Of a stretch of 64,000 nucleotides of DNA, positions 39,780-50,366 are shown piece after piece. The DNA comes from Acidobacteriota bacterium (GTDB lineage Bacteria > Acidobacteriota > UBA6911), in NCBI GenBank assembly GCA_963664705.1, contig OY761556.1, positions 2,624,001-2,688,000 on the forward strand, in the 5' to 3' direction. The stretch's first letter is position 1, and each line of letters starts with the position of its first letter. Made by a program: the position numbers and the translations under genes. A model generated the notes under the pieces. That model made no database searches, was not told the origin of the DNA, and saw only the letters and a list, made by a program, of their open reading frames with translations.

Positions 39780-41003
39780 ATGAAACAAGAGCAGAAAACG
39801 GACCGGGCCTGGATTATGCCATTCCTGGCAACCCTATTTGCGATGCTGACGCTTCAAATGTCCAGTTTGGGATTTGCGCCTCTATTGCCTGCAATCCAGA
39901 AGGAATTCTCGATGAGCTATACCCAAATCGGGCTCTTCACCGGAATGTACGGCCTGCTGGCGCTGGCACTGAGCGTCCCTGCCGGGATAGCGGCCAAGCA
40001 TTATGGAGAGAAGCGAGTTCTGATTACTGCCCTGCTTCTGGTAGGTTTGGGACTATTCATGCTGGGCAGGGCTAACGGGTTCTACGCCGCTTTCGCTTCG
40101 CGTGCTCTATGGATCGGCACATACCGATTTGCCTTCGTCTGTGTTCTGACCGCAATTGCCGTCACATCCCCACCGTCATGGAAGGGCGCCTCCATGGGAT
40201 TCCTCGGATCGGTTTCTTCCTTTGCTTCCGTAATCGGAGCTCCTTTTGGAAGCAAAATTGGTGAGAGTTTCGGATGGCGTGCTGGAATGACAGCCTACGG
40301 ATGTGCGGCGATTGCAGGCGCACTTGTTGTTTGGGCATTCTATCGTCACACTTCCGGCAAACCGGGGAATTTGCCAAACCACGGCACAGTGGTCTCCTCC
40401 TCAGGCGGACGAAGCGCCTTCAGAACACCTATTGTGTGGGCACTCGCGGTATTGGTGGGAATGATCGGAATGGCTTCCTACAGCGTAACCTTTTTTGTGC
40501 CGGCTGCCGCAGCTGCGGTCTTCAAAATGACTGCCGTTCAAACGTCTCTTGTGATTAGCACGGGGTACATCTGCGCAATATTTCTAAATCTGCTTCTCGG
40601 CTACCTCATGGATCACTGCAACCGATGGATCGTGCTGAGCACACTGGTTGCAATCCTGATACCGGCCTCACTGGCAATGGCCAGCGAGAATATTCTCGTT
40701 TTCCGAATCGCGACAACCATGGTGTTGGCCGGAAGCTTCGCCGCAACCAATCAGATTTACGGGGTCGCGGGAACATTGTTGAGCGGACGCGAAACAGGGA
40801 ACGTGATGGGCGTGGTTGGGCTTGGCGCCGGTATTTTCGGCTATGTCGGACCTCAAATGCTGGGAGTTCTGCGCGATCAGACGCAAGGATTCAGCGCCGG
40901 CTGGTACATGATGGCAGGCCTCGCACTTTTGACATTTATTGAATTATTGCTGCTTAAACAACACAGTGATAAACAGCACGCAGAGCCTGTTAACGCAGTT
41001 TGA
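39780..41003 (+). CDS. MFS transporter (12 TM)
   Basis: APLLP.IQKEF, G..A..YG.KRV and FGWR; hydrophobic throughout. Confidence 0.85.
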   Translation: MKQEQKTDRAWIMPFLATLFAMLTLQMSSLGFAPLLPAIQKEFSMSYTQIGLFTGMYGLLALALSVPAGIAAKHYGEKRVLITALLLVGLGLFMLGRANGFYAAFASRALWIGTYRFAFVCVLTAIAVTSPPSWKGASMGFLGSVSSFASVIGAPFGSKIGESFGWRAGMTAYGCAAIAGALVVWAFYRHTSGKPGNLPNHGTVVSSSGGRSAFRTPIVWALAVLVGMIGMASYSVTFFVPAAAAAVFKMTAVQTSLVISTGYICAIFLNLLLGYLMDHCNRWIVLSTLVAILIPASLAMASENILVFRIATTMVLAGSFAATNQIYGVAGTLLSGRETGNVMGVVGLGAGIFGYVGPQMLGVLRDQTQGFSAGWYMMAGLALLTFIELLLLKQHSDKQHAEPVNAV

Positions 41004-41028
41004 TGCAAAACCCGTAACCGGGAGATCA

Positions 41029-41970
41029 ATGAAGATGATGAACATAATTTCCGTTTATAAAAAGCGATTGCTGTTGGGTTCGCTTGCCGTTGTCGGGCTA
41101 TTCGCTGCCCTGTTAACAGCTCAAGCACCGCCACAGATAAAGTTCGGTTGCGCAATCAATGCGCAGGAGCAGGTTCGCGAATCGCAGGCGCTGGCAAAAA
41201 GTATCGCGTCTCCAGCGGATCCACAATGGCGGGCCAAAGGGGATCTTCACCGAAAATATGGTTTTGCCGCTGCCAATGCCGATATCCCCTATCGCCTATA
41301 TGTGCCCAGTTCCTGGGACGGCAAAGCACAACTGCCGCTAGTCGTGATGCTGCACGGTGCAGGATCGGATGAAAACTGGTATCTCGAGGCAAACGATAAG
41401 CTGCTTATTCGTTTGGCTGAGCAACATGGCTATATTTTGGCATCCCCATTGGGGTATACACGCATGGGCGCCTATGGAACCCCTTTGCGCCTCCCCGCGG
41501 TATTTGGAAATCCGGAGATAGCCGCAAAGCAGCGTGCCGGAGTTACGCCGGAACAAGAGCGAACGCTGGAACTCAGCGAAAAAGATGTGATCAACGTAAT
41601 TGAGATCGTGCTCCATGAATACCCGATAAAGCGCTCCGCCATGTTTCTTACCGGGCATTCGATGGGAAGCGGCGGCACATGGTACCTAGGCGCAAAATAT
41701 GCGCAGTACTGGGCGGCGATTGCTCCCATGTCGGGACCCTTTGTCGATGAAACCAATTATCCGTGGGACAACATACGCAAAATGCCCGTCTTTATGACGG
41801 AGGGAACGGGCGCCACTCCGTCGCTCGTCGGAAGCAAAGCGATGTTGGCCTGGATGAAGGAACGCGGTTTTAAGATTGAATATATGGAAGTGAATGCGGA
41901 TCATGGCGGCATGATCCCGCTGGTATTGCCCAGTGTATTCGATTTCTTTGATCGCTGCAAAGGCCAATAG
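41029..41970 (+). CDS. Exported alpha/beta hydrolase (PHB depolymerase/carboxylesterase-like)
   Basis: IPYRLYVP, PLVVMLHGAG, GHSMGSGGTW, WAAIAPMSG and DHG; signal peptide. Confidence 0.82.
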   Translation: MKMMNIISVYKKRLLLGSLAVVGLFAALLTAQAPPQIKFGCAINAQEQVRESQALAKSIASPADPQWRAKGDLHRKYGFAAANADIPYRLYVPSSWDGKAQLPLVVMLHGAGSDENWYLEANDKLLIRLAEQHGYILASPLGYTRMGAYGTPLRLPAVFGNPEIAAKQRAGVTPEQERTLELSEKDVINVIEIVLHEYPIKRSAMFLTGHSMGSGGTWYLGAKYAQYWAAIAPMSGPFVDETNYPWDNIRKMPVFMTEGTGATPSLVGSKAMLAWMKERGFKIEYMEVNADHGGMIPLVLPSVFDFFDRCKGQ

Positions 41971-41977
41971 TGTCACA

Positions 41978-42032
41978 AATGATGATGGACAATTTACGAA
42001 TTGTGTTCACTCGTAAATTGTCCATCATCATT
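41978..42032. terminator. Perfect 22-bp inverted repeat between convergent genes
   Basis: AATGATGATGGACAATTTACGA-N11-TCGTAAATTGTCCATCATCATT. Confidence 0.75.
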
Positions 42033-42039
42033 CCGAAAT

Positions 42040-43614
42040 CTACTTCTTCGCCCGCGCTCTGCGATAGGAATAATACATATCGTAGGCCTTAAGCTTCTCC
42101 AGATTCGGTATCGGCTTCGCGCTTGTTTCTTTGTTAAAGAACAAAACCCGCTGATCCTTCTCCGTAAAGACCGGCCACTTTGGCAGGCCTGAACCATTCG
42201 GATCGCCAGTTCTGGCGAAATTGATCCAATAAGAACGAATCATATCGGATAAAGCAAGGTCCTCGGCATTGGGCGTCCCTCCACCGGAGCCTCCGAAATT
42301 TCCGAAAACATAGGAAACTTCCGCACCATGGTTTGCCCCGTCAGGAGAGGAAGGAGTTCGGTGGTCAAAGTAGTATACAAAAGCCCTGCCCTTCCCTTTT
42401 TGGGACTGCATCCGTGCCCAAGCCCATGTAGGCCAGGCAAAAGCGAATTCCCGGAAAACATCCGCCGCCGCGCGAGCCGCTTCTGCATCCGTGGCATGAG
42501 GATACGCAGCTAAAATAACATCGGCTCGATCACCATAGCCTGATCGAATCTGCTTCTCAAAAGCGGCCGGCGTGGTTGGTCCCCGCATGAAAAGTCCGCC
42601 TTCATTGGAATTTGTGCCGGCAAGGATAGGCGTGTCATTGAACCGGCCCTTTTCATAAAGCTCGTATGGATCTCCCGGCAAAACATATCCATCGGCAACG
42701 GGCCAGAAGCTCGCTCCACCGCCCATTCCGCCTCCGGCAGCTTTCTGAATCTGGTCCGCAGACAATGCCCTTGCGGCCTTAATGTCAGCAGCTCCAAGCT
42801 TTTTTAAAAAGCTCTCGCCGTTCGCTTCGCCGAGTTGCAGCGCTGCAACATTCTGGCCCGCCTCATTCGAAATCCTCGGCGGCGCAAACGACCCTCCACT
42901 TTCCGAAATTGCACGTTGAAACAGCCCCTTGGCTCCCGGCGCCGCCGAAAGCATACCGACGGCGATTCCGCCGGCTGACTCACCAAAAATTGTTACTCGG
43001 GATGGATCGCCACCAAACCGGGCAATGTTCGATTTCACCCATTTCAGGCTGGCAATCATATCCTGAATCCCATAGGCACCAGATCCTTTGTCGCTCTCGC
43101 GGCTGAGTTCCGGATGCGCCATGAAGCCAAAAACTCCCAACCGATATGCGACGCTTACCAGCACCACTCCTTTTTGGGCAAATTTCGTCCCATCAAACAT
43201 CGGTGTCCCCGTCATTCCACCGACAAACGCACCTCCGTGAATCCACACCATAACAGGCCGTTTTTCAGCGGCTGTTTTTGCTGCCGTCCACACGTTCAGG
43301 TACAAACAATCCTCACTTACATTTGGTGAAGATCCCATCATTTTGGACATACTCGCATCCTGCATGCAGCCAGCCGCATAGCTGTCAGCCTTCCGGATAC
43401 CGGTCCATGCTTTAGATGGCACAGGCGCCTTCCACCGCAGATCACCCACCGGCGGGGCAGCAAATGGGATCCCCTTAAACGAGGCCACCCCATCGGAGAC
43501 AACTCCCTGTAGCTGGCCACCTGTCGATTTGACATTTTGTATCTGTGAAAGCGCATACGGTACTCCCATAAGCATGACCGCCACAAATGCGCCAGCCATC
43601 AGACTCTTCCTCAT
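42040..43614 (-). CDS. Exported type-B carboxylesterase (PnbA-like)
   Basis: FKGIPFAAPPVGDLRW, SEDCLYLNVW, GGDP..VTIFGESAGG, HGAE and FARTGDPN; RBS GGAGG. Confidence 0.93.
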   Translation of the reverse strand: MRKSLMAGAFVAVMLMGVPYALSQIQNVKSTGGQLQGVVSDGVASFKGIPFAAPPVGDLRWKAPVPSKAWTGIRKADSYAAGCMQDASMSKMMGSSPNVSEDCLYLNVWTAAKTAAEKRPVMVWIHGGAFVGGMTGTPMFDGTKFAQKGVVLVSVAYRLGVFGFMAHPELSRESDKGSGAYGIQDMIASLKWVKSNIARFGGDPSRVTIFGESAGGIAVGMLSAAPGAKGLFQRAISESGGSFAPPRISNEAGQNVAALQLGEANGESFLKKLGAADIKAARALSADQIQKAAGGGMGGGASFWPVADGYVLPGDPYELYEKGRFNDTPILAGTNSNEGGLFMRGPTTPAAFEKQIRSGYGDRADVILAAYPHATDAEAARAAADVFREFAFAWPTWAWARMQSQKGKGRAFVYYFDHRTPSSPDGANHGAEVSYVFGNFGGSGGGTPNAEDLALSDMIRSYWINFARTGDPNGSGLPKWPVFTEKDQRVLFFNKETSAKPIPNLEKLKAYDMYYSYRRARAKK

Positions 43615-43652
43615 GATTCTCCTCCAAATGGCAATTCTGTTTTAGTTATGCA

Positions 43653-43691
43653 TGTCACACTATTATGACATAATGTCATAACAGTGTGACG
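43653..43691. promoter_or_regulatory. Tandem operators TGTCAYA-N4-TRTGACR (copies 3 and 4)
   Basis: TGTCACA-CTAT-TATGACA (43653-43670) and TGTCATA-ACAG-TGTGACG (43674-43691). Confidence 0.7.
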
Positions 43692-43845
43692 CATGTTATA
43701 ATAGCCTTTTCCAAATGAAGATAGCGTGCTTCCGGGCTAAATCACGTCCATGCACTGCATAATTGAGCTTAGATCCGGAAATACCGAGACAGCGGCGTAG
43801 CGTGCCCACATGGCAAATCGACTCCTTAAACCAGGTGACTGACCG

Positions 43846-45159
43846 ATGATATCCCGGAAAGAAATCTCGCAATATAAAAAAGAAAATCTCATTTTTAAAA
43901 AGCAGATCGAAGAGCAAACGGGAAAAACCATCCAGCAGCATTATGAGGAAAGGTCCAAACGAGTCCGGGACGTCATTGAGTTGAGAACTCCGGATCGAAT
44001 GCCCTTCATGGTATTGGTTGAACCGCACAGCTATGCGGGAATTTCCAAATCCGCCGCATTTTATGATCCGATCACGCTCAAGCGCACCATGAGAAAAATG
44101 GCAATGGACTTTCAGCCGGACATGAGTGAACCTGGCTTTCCATCCTGCGGCGCTGCCATGACGGAACTCGATGTGCAGAACTGCGTCTGGCCGGGCGGCC
44201 CCAAGCCGCCGGACTATGACTATCAGTTCATCGAAGGGGAATACATGAAGGAAGATGAGTACGACATGTTCCTGAATGACCCTTCCGGCTTCATGATCCG
44301 ACGCTATCTTCCGCGCATATACGCCGCCCTAAACCCATTGGCCAAACTCCCTCCTCTGGACAGTATGTTCATGGGGTTTGAAGCCTTGACCCCGTTGTTA
44401 TCCAGCTCCGAATTTCGAGGAATGGTCAAGCACATAGCCAAGGCAGGAAAGCACGTTCAGGAGTTCCGCAAGCTCGTCGGCGATGCTAATGAGGAATTGG
44501 CACAGTTGGGGTTTCCGCCATTTGCCCGCTTCGCACCAGGGGGCGTAGGGGGAGCACCCTTCGATACGCTTACAAGTTTCCTGCGCGGCATGAAAGGCTC
44601 CATGCTGGATATGTACCGTCGGCCCGACAAGCTGCTCCAGGCCTGCGAGAAGATTCTGGATCGGCGCATCGCTTGTGCTATTCCCGCAGATGCAACCTTA
44701 ATGGACTTTCCCCCAAGGGTAGGGCTGCCGCTCTGGAGAGGGGATCCGGTGTTTATGTCTGATGCCCAATTTAGGAAGTTTTACTGGCCCGGGCTCAAGA
44801 AGTCCCTGCAAACGCACGTGGACCTGGGCTACGTGCCGGTACCATTTTTCGAAGCACCATTCGGGGATAGACTTGAATGCCTTCTGGAGTTGCCGAAAGG
44901 AAAGATACTTGCTTCCATCGAAGCCGCAGATGCGGTTCGCGCCAAGGAAATTCTCGGCGGCCACACCAGCCTGTTGGTTCGTTGTCCGAATACCTGCAAG
45001 CTGTGGTCATTTGGTCAACTGGAATCCTTCATCAAGGATCTGATAAACAAATGCGGCAAAAACGGCGGACTCATCCTGGTTCTAAAGAAACCGGATTCAG
45101 TGGGAATTGATGAGATGCGGGCGCTGCTGAAATCCATGAATGAATATAGTCGGAATTAA
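43846..45159 (+). CDS. Uroporphyrinogen-decarboxylase-fold protein (URO-D/MtaA-CmuA methyltransferase-like)
   Basis: R....I.L..PDR.P, EYMKEDEYD.FL.DP, PFD.L..FLRGM.G...DMY.RP, FMS..QF.KFYWP and AKE.LG. Confidence 0.75.
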   Translation: MISRKEISQYKKENLIFKKQIEEQTGKTIQQHYEERSKRVRDVIELRTPDRMPFMVLVEPHSYAGISKSAAFYDPITLKRTMRKMAMDFQPDMSEPGFPSCGAAMTELDVQNCVWPGGPKPPDYDYQFIEGEYMKEDEYDMFLNDPSGFMIRRYLPRIYAALNPLAKLPPLDSMFMGFEALTPLLSSSEFRGMVKHIAKAGKHVQEFRKLVGDANEELAQLGFPPFARFAPGGVGGAPFDTLTSFLRGMKGSMLDMYRRPDKLLQACEKILDRRIACAIPADATLMDFPPRVGLPLWRGDPVFMSDAQFRKFYWPGLKKSLQTHVDLGYVPVPFFEAPFGDRLECLLELPKGKILASIEAADAVRAKEILGGHTSLLVRCPNTCKLWSFGQLESFIKDLINKCGKNGGLILVLKKPDSVGIDEMRALLKSMNEYSRN

Positions 45160-45387
45160 GGCCAACAAGGAAACTGGAAACCAGGCTATCCGTATACAGA
45201 GACCGTTGCAGATCGCCAGAAGCCGATTGGTTGGATCTGGAAGAATATAGACAAATTATGTCCATAGTCATGGCGATAGTATGTAATAGCAGGATGGCGG
45301 ATAGCGTATATACCCACATGCACCCATGATAGGATTTTCTCTGGCTTGGCCCCAAATTGTAATCAAATGCTCAAAGTGGAGGCAAAG

Positions 45388-46962
45388 ATGAGAAGGACAT
45401 TTCTCGCAATCTTTTTGACAATAGCGTTTGCGCAATTCTCCGTCTCCCAGATTCGCACGGCAAAGGTAACCGGCGGAAAAGTGCAGGGAGTGGTTTCTGA
45501 CAGTATTTCAGCATTCAAGGGAATCCCATTTGCCGCACCGCCGGTTGGAGATCTGCGCTGGAAAGCCCCCGCACCGCTGCTACCTTGGACAGGGGTCAAA
45601 AAGGCCGATGCTTTCGGGCCTGCCTGTATGCAAGCCTCCGGCGCAATGGGAAACACCGCACCGGTCAGCGAAGATTGCCTGTATCTGAATGTATGGACAC
45701 CCGCAAAAAAGCCTGGCGCAAAGATCCCGGTGATTGTTTGGATTTATGGAGGAGGCTTCAGCGGCGGATCAACCAGTACTTCCATGTATGACGGCATGGG
45801 CTTCGCCAAAAAGGGAGTAGTTCTGGTGAGTGTCGCGTATCGAGTCGGACCCTTCGGATTCATGGCCCATCCGGAACTGAGCCGTGAGAGCGGCAAGGGA
45901 TCGGGAAGCTACGGACTCGAGGATATGATTGCCGGGCTAAGATGGGTAAAGATGAATATTGCCCGGTTTGGAGGTGATCCCGGCAACGTGACAATTTTCG
46001 GGCACTCAGCCGGCGGCATGGCAGTCAACATGCTTGCAGCATCGCCTGTCACCAAGGGCCTTTTCCACCGCGCCATCTGCATGAGCGGAGGATCGTTTGC
46101 CCCGCTACAGTCTTCAAATGAAGGGGGAATCGATCTGGGAATTCCTACCCTAAAGCTGGCTGAATCAACCGGCGAAGCCTTTCTGAAGAGATTGGGCACT
46201 GCCGATATTAGGGCCGCGCGCGCGATCCCTGCGGAACAAATCCAAAAGAATATCGGGGGCGGAATGGGTGTCGGCGGATTCCGACCGCCTGCCGACGGAT
46301 ATGTTATTCCAAACGACCTGTACTCTATTTATCAGGCACGCCTTTTCAATGACACACCGGTTCTGGTGGGCAACACCTCGGATGAATTGGGATCATTCGG
46401 CAGTCGTGGACCGACCATTACGGCAGCAAGTTTTGAAGAGCAGATCAGGTCGCGATATGGGCCTCACGCCGATGCAATTTTGGGCGTATATCCGCATTCT
46501 AACGATGCTGAGGCTGCAAAGTCACAAAAAGGGCTTTCGCGCGAAAGCACGTTTTCCTGGAGCACGTGGACATGGGCTCGCATGCAAACAAAGCAAGGCA
46601 AGGGCAAGGCCTTTATTTACTATTATGATTTCCATGCGCCTAATGTAGACGGCTCGGGCCACGGCAGCGATGTCCCGTATGCATTTCAGACCCTGGGCGG
46701 GGGACGAGGCGGGGCCCCCAAACCGGAAGATATGAAGCTTTCCGAAGTAATCAGCTCCTATTGGGTCAATTTCGCAAAGACAGGCGATCCCAATGGACCC
46801 GGCCTCCCCAAGTGGCCTGCTTTCGCGGAGAGCAATCAGCAGGCGATGGTGTTCGATGCAACATCCGGAGCCAGACCCGTTCCCAATTTGGACAAGCTGA
46901 AAGCATTTGACTCCTATATTACATGGCGAAGAGAAGAAGAGAAGAAAAACGCCGGAAAATAA
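45388..46962 (+). CDS. Exported type-B carboxylesterase, close paralog of 42040..43614
   Basis: FKGIPFAAPPVGDLRW, SEDCLYLNVW, TIFGHSAGG, HGSD and FAKTGDPN; ATG at 45388 with RBS GGAGG. Confidence 0.93.
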   Translation: MRRTFLAIFLTIAFAQFSVSQIRTAKVTGGKVQGVVSDSISAFKGIPFAAPPVGDLRWKAPAPLLPWTGVKKADAFGPACMQASGAMGNTAPVSEDCLYLNVWTPAKKPGAKIPVIVWIYGGGFSGGSTSTSMYDGMGFAKKGVVLVSVAYRVGPFGFMAHPELSRESGKGSGSYGLEDMIAGLRWVKMNIARFGGDPGNVTIFGHSAGGMAVNMLAASPVTKGLFHRAICMSGGSFAPLQSSNEGGIDLGIPTLKLAESTGEAFLKRLGTADIRAARAIPAEQIQKNIGGGMGVGGFRPPADGYVIPNDLYSIYQARLFNDTPVLVGNTSDELGSFGSRGPTITAASFEEQIRSRYGPHADAILGVYPHSNDAEAAKSQKGLSRESTFSWSTWTWARMQTKQGKGKAFIYYYDFHAPNVDGSGHGSDVPYAFQTLGGGRGGAPKPEDMKLSEVISSYWVNFAKTGDPNGPGLPKWPAFAESNQQAMVFDATSGARPVPNLDKLKAFDSYITWRREEEKKNAGK

Positions 46963-47020
46963 TTATGCCTGCTACCGGAAGCGCGCCGTCTCAGCGGCAT
47001 CAGCGTTGTGGGAACGGTAA

Positions 47021-48448
<1,428 letters not shown>

Positions 48449-48459
48449 TTCAATAGTCA

Positions 48460-48569
48460 GTGGTTGGTGGTTGGTGGTTGGTGGTTAGTAGCCAGTAGCC
48501 AGCAGTCGAGAGCCAGGAATCTGCAGGTAGTAATACCATGGACTCCTGGCTTCTGATTTCTGGCTTCTG
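48460..48569. repeat. Heptameric tandem repeats with an inverted counterpart
   Basis: (GTGGTTG)x3 GTGGTTA GTAGCCA GTAGCCA GCAGTC..AGCCAGGAATC, then the complementary GACTCCTGGCTTCTGATTTCTGGCTTCTG. Confidence 0.7.
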
Positions 48570-48588
48570 CATTATGGAGGATTCAATT

Positions 48589-50307
48589 ATGCGAAAATTT
48601 TGGACGGCGCTTTCCATTGGAATTCTCGCCGTCCTGGCAGCCCAGGATTTATCCCGGGCTCAAGGGACTGCGGATTCCAAACTCAAGGCGCCTGATGCTC
48701 AATTTGAGGTTCTCAGCCCCTGGGCGGATGTTGATCCCATCCCGCTCCGCGGGATTTCCCCGAGAATTCAGACGCTCGCGGGAAAGAAGGTCGGATTGTT
48801 CGTCAATCCGAAGCGGGCGGCCAAGCCGATTTCCGAATCAATCGATAAAAGACTGAAGGCCATGTATCCCGATATCCAGACAATCGTCTTCAATTCTACC
48901 GAGGCGAATGTCAATGAAATCGAGACAAAGAACAAGGACAAATTCACGGCATGGGCAAAAGGACTTGACGCTGCCATTGCCGTCGTCGGTGATTGAGGGT
49001 CCTGCACAAAGTACCTCGCCTATAACACAATAGCGATCGAGGACTTTGGCAAGCCAGTCGTGTTACTGGCCAATAAGGGTTTTGTTACCGATGCTCAATC
49101 AGCTGCATCCAGCAAAGGCATGCCCGGCATCAGGATTGTAGGGGAATCTGTTGCCTGTGAATCCACTGTCAAATCTGAGATAGAAGAAGGCATAGCGGCA
49201 GCCATGAAAGATGTCGTGGAAGCTTTGACCAAGCCGCTGACCGCTGAAGAAAAAACTCCGAAACCACAAACGGGTAAAACTCCAAGGGTAGCATTCAAAG
49301 GAAGCCTTCAAGATGTAAACCGGTTTTACTACAGCAAGGGGTGGACCGACGGCCTTCCGATCATTCCGCCTACCGCGGAAGCTGTCGCAGAAATGCTAAC
49401 CGGAACGGATCTACCACCTGATCATATCGTGGCAACGATCATTCCGAGAAAGGGAAAGGCCACGGTCGAAAAGATTGCGATTAATGCAGTCATGGCAGGT
49501 GCTCTTCCGACTTACATGCCCGTCTTGATTGCTGCGGTACAGTCATTCGCCGATCCAAAAACGAGATTTGATACGTTTGAGGTGAGTACCGGTTCGTGGG
49601 CACCCTTCATTGCCATCAATGGCCGAATCCGAAACGACATCAACATCAATTGCAGTTCAGGCGCATTGAGTCCGGGGAATATCGCAAACTCAGCGCTTGG
49701 CCGGGCCGTTGGTTTGATCGTAAAGAACATCGGCGGAGCAAGAAAGGCTGTCGAGGATATGGGGGTCATCGGCAATCCGGGCAAATACAGCCTCGTAATC
49801 GGTGAAGATGAGGAATCCAGCCCCTGGGAATCCCTCAGTGTCGAGCGCGGCTACAAGAAAGAGGACAATACTCTGACTGTGTTCTTCCCCAACACTTTCA
49901 TCCAGACCGTCCCAACCGGAACAAACGCGCAAGGGATTCTGGATACGCTGGCCGGGATGACCACCAGCACTATGTCCAGCATCATTCTTATTCCTTCATG
50001 GGCCAGGGTGTTATCGAGTGAAGGATGGACCAAACAGAAGGTCAAGGAATACCTGGCGGCTCACGGGACTTCTATCCGCTCGAGTGTCGCTGGTTTTGGC
50101 AGCGATACGACTCTTCCGAAAATCCAGACAGACAGCCTTATGCTGCTGGTTGCCGGCGGGCCGGGCTCGTTTATCGCGGTGCTGAGAAGTGCGGGACCCG
50201 GGTTTTTCGAAAATGCCCTGGTCACGAAGAAGATTGAGTTGCCGAAGAATTGGGACAAGCTGGTAGCAAAGTACAAAGACATCAAACCGCATTACGAGAA
50301 GTACTAG
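48589..50307 (+). CDS. Exported UGSC-type selenoprotein 3; in-frame UGA at 48994-48996 (GD-U-GSC)
   Basis: ORFs 48538..48996 and 49060..50307 are in frame. Read-through gives AVVGD-U-GSCTKYLAYNTIAIEDFGKPVVLL, the literal UGSC motif. ATG at 48589 with RBS GGAGG; signal peptide; C-terminal GWTDGLPIIPPT...TVEKIAINAVMAGA shared with both paralogs. Confidence 0.82.
49003..49051 (+). other. Long hairpin immediately after the UGA (non-canonical SECIS candidate)
   Basis: TGC-a-CAAAGT-a-CCTCG-c-CTAT(AACACA)ATAG-cgat-CGAGG-ACTTTG-GCA; strong stem, but no G in the apical loop. Confidence 0.45.
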
Positions 50308-50315
50308 AAGAGAAA

Positions 50316-50354
50316 GCCACGAATTTCACGGATAAGTTTCGTGAAATTCGTGGC
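50316..50354. repeat. REP-like palindrome GCCACGAATTTCACG...CGTGAAATTCGTGGC (copy 2)
   Basis: 15-bp arms identical to those at 18567..18607; between convergent genes. Confidence 0.8.
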
Positions 50355-50366
50355 GGCTTTCCGATG

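Noticed and set aside
41971-41988. Extra TGTCACA operator copy
   Set aside because: Half-site only, between convergent gene ends and overlapping a terminator hairpin
43846-45159. hemE call
   Set aside because: Lacks the WxMRQAGR signature of true uroporphyrinogen decarboxylase
48460-48569. CRISPR array
   Set aside because: Short tandem heptamers without spacers, and no cas genes in the window
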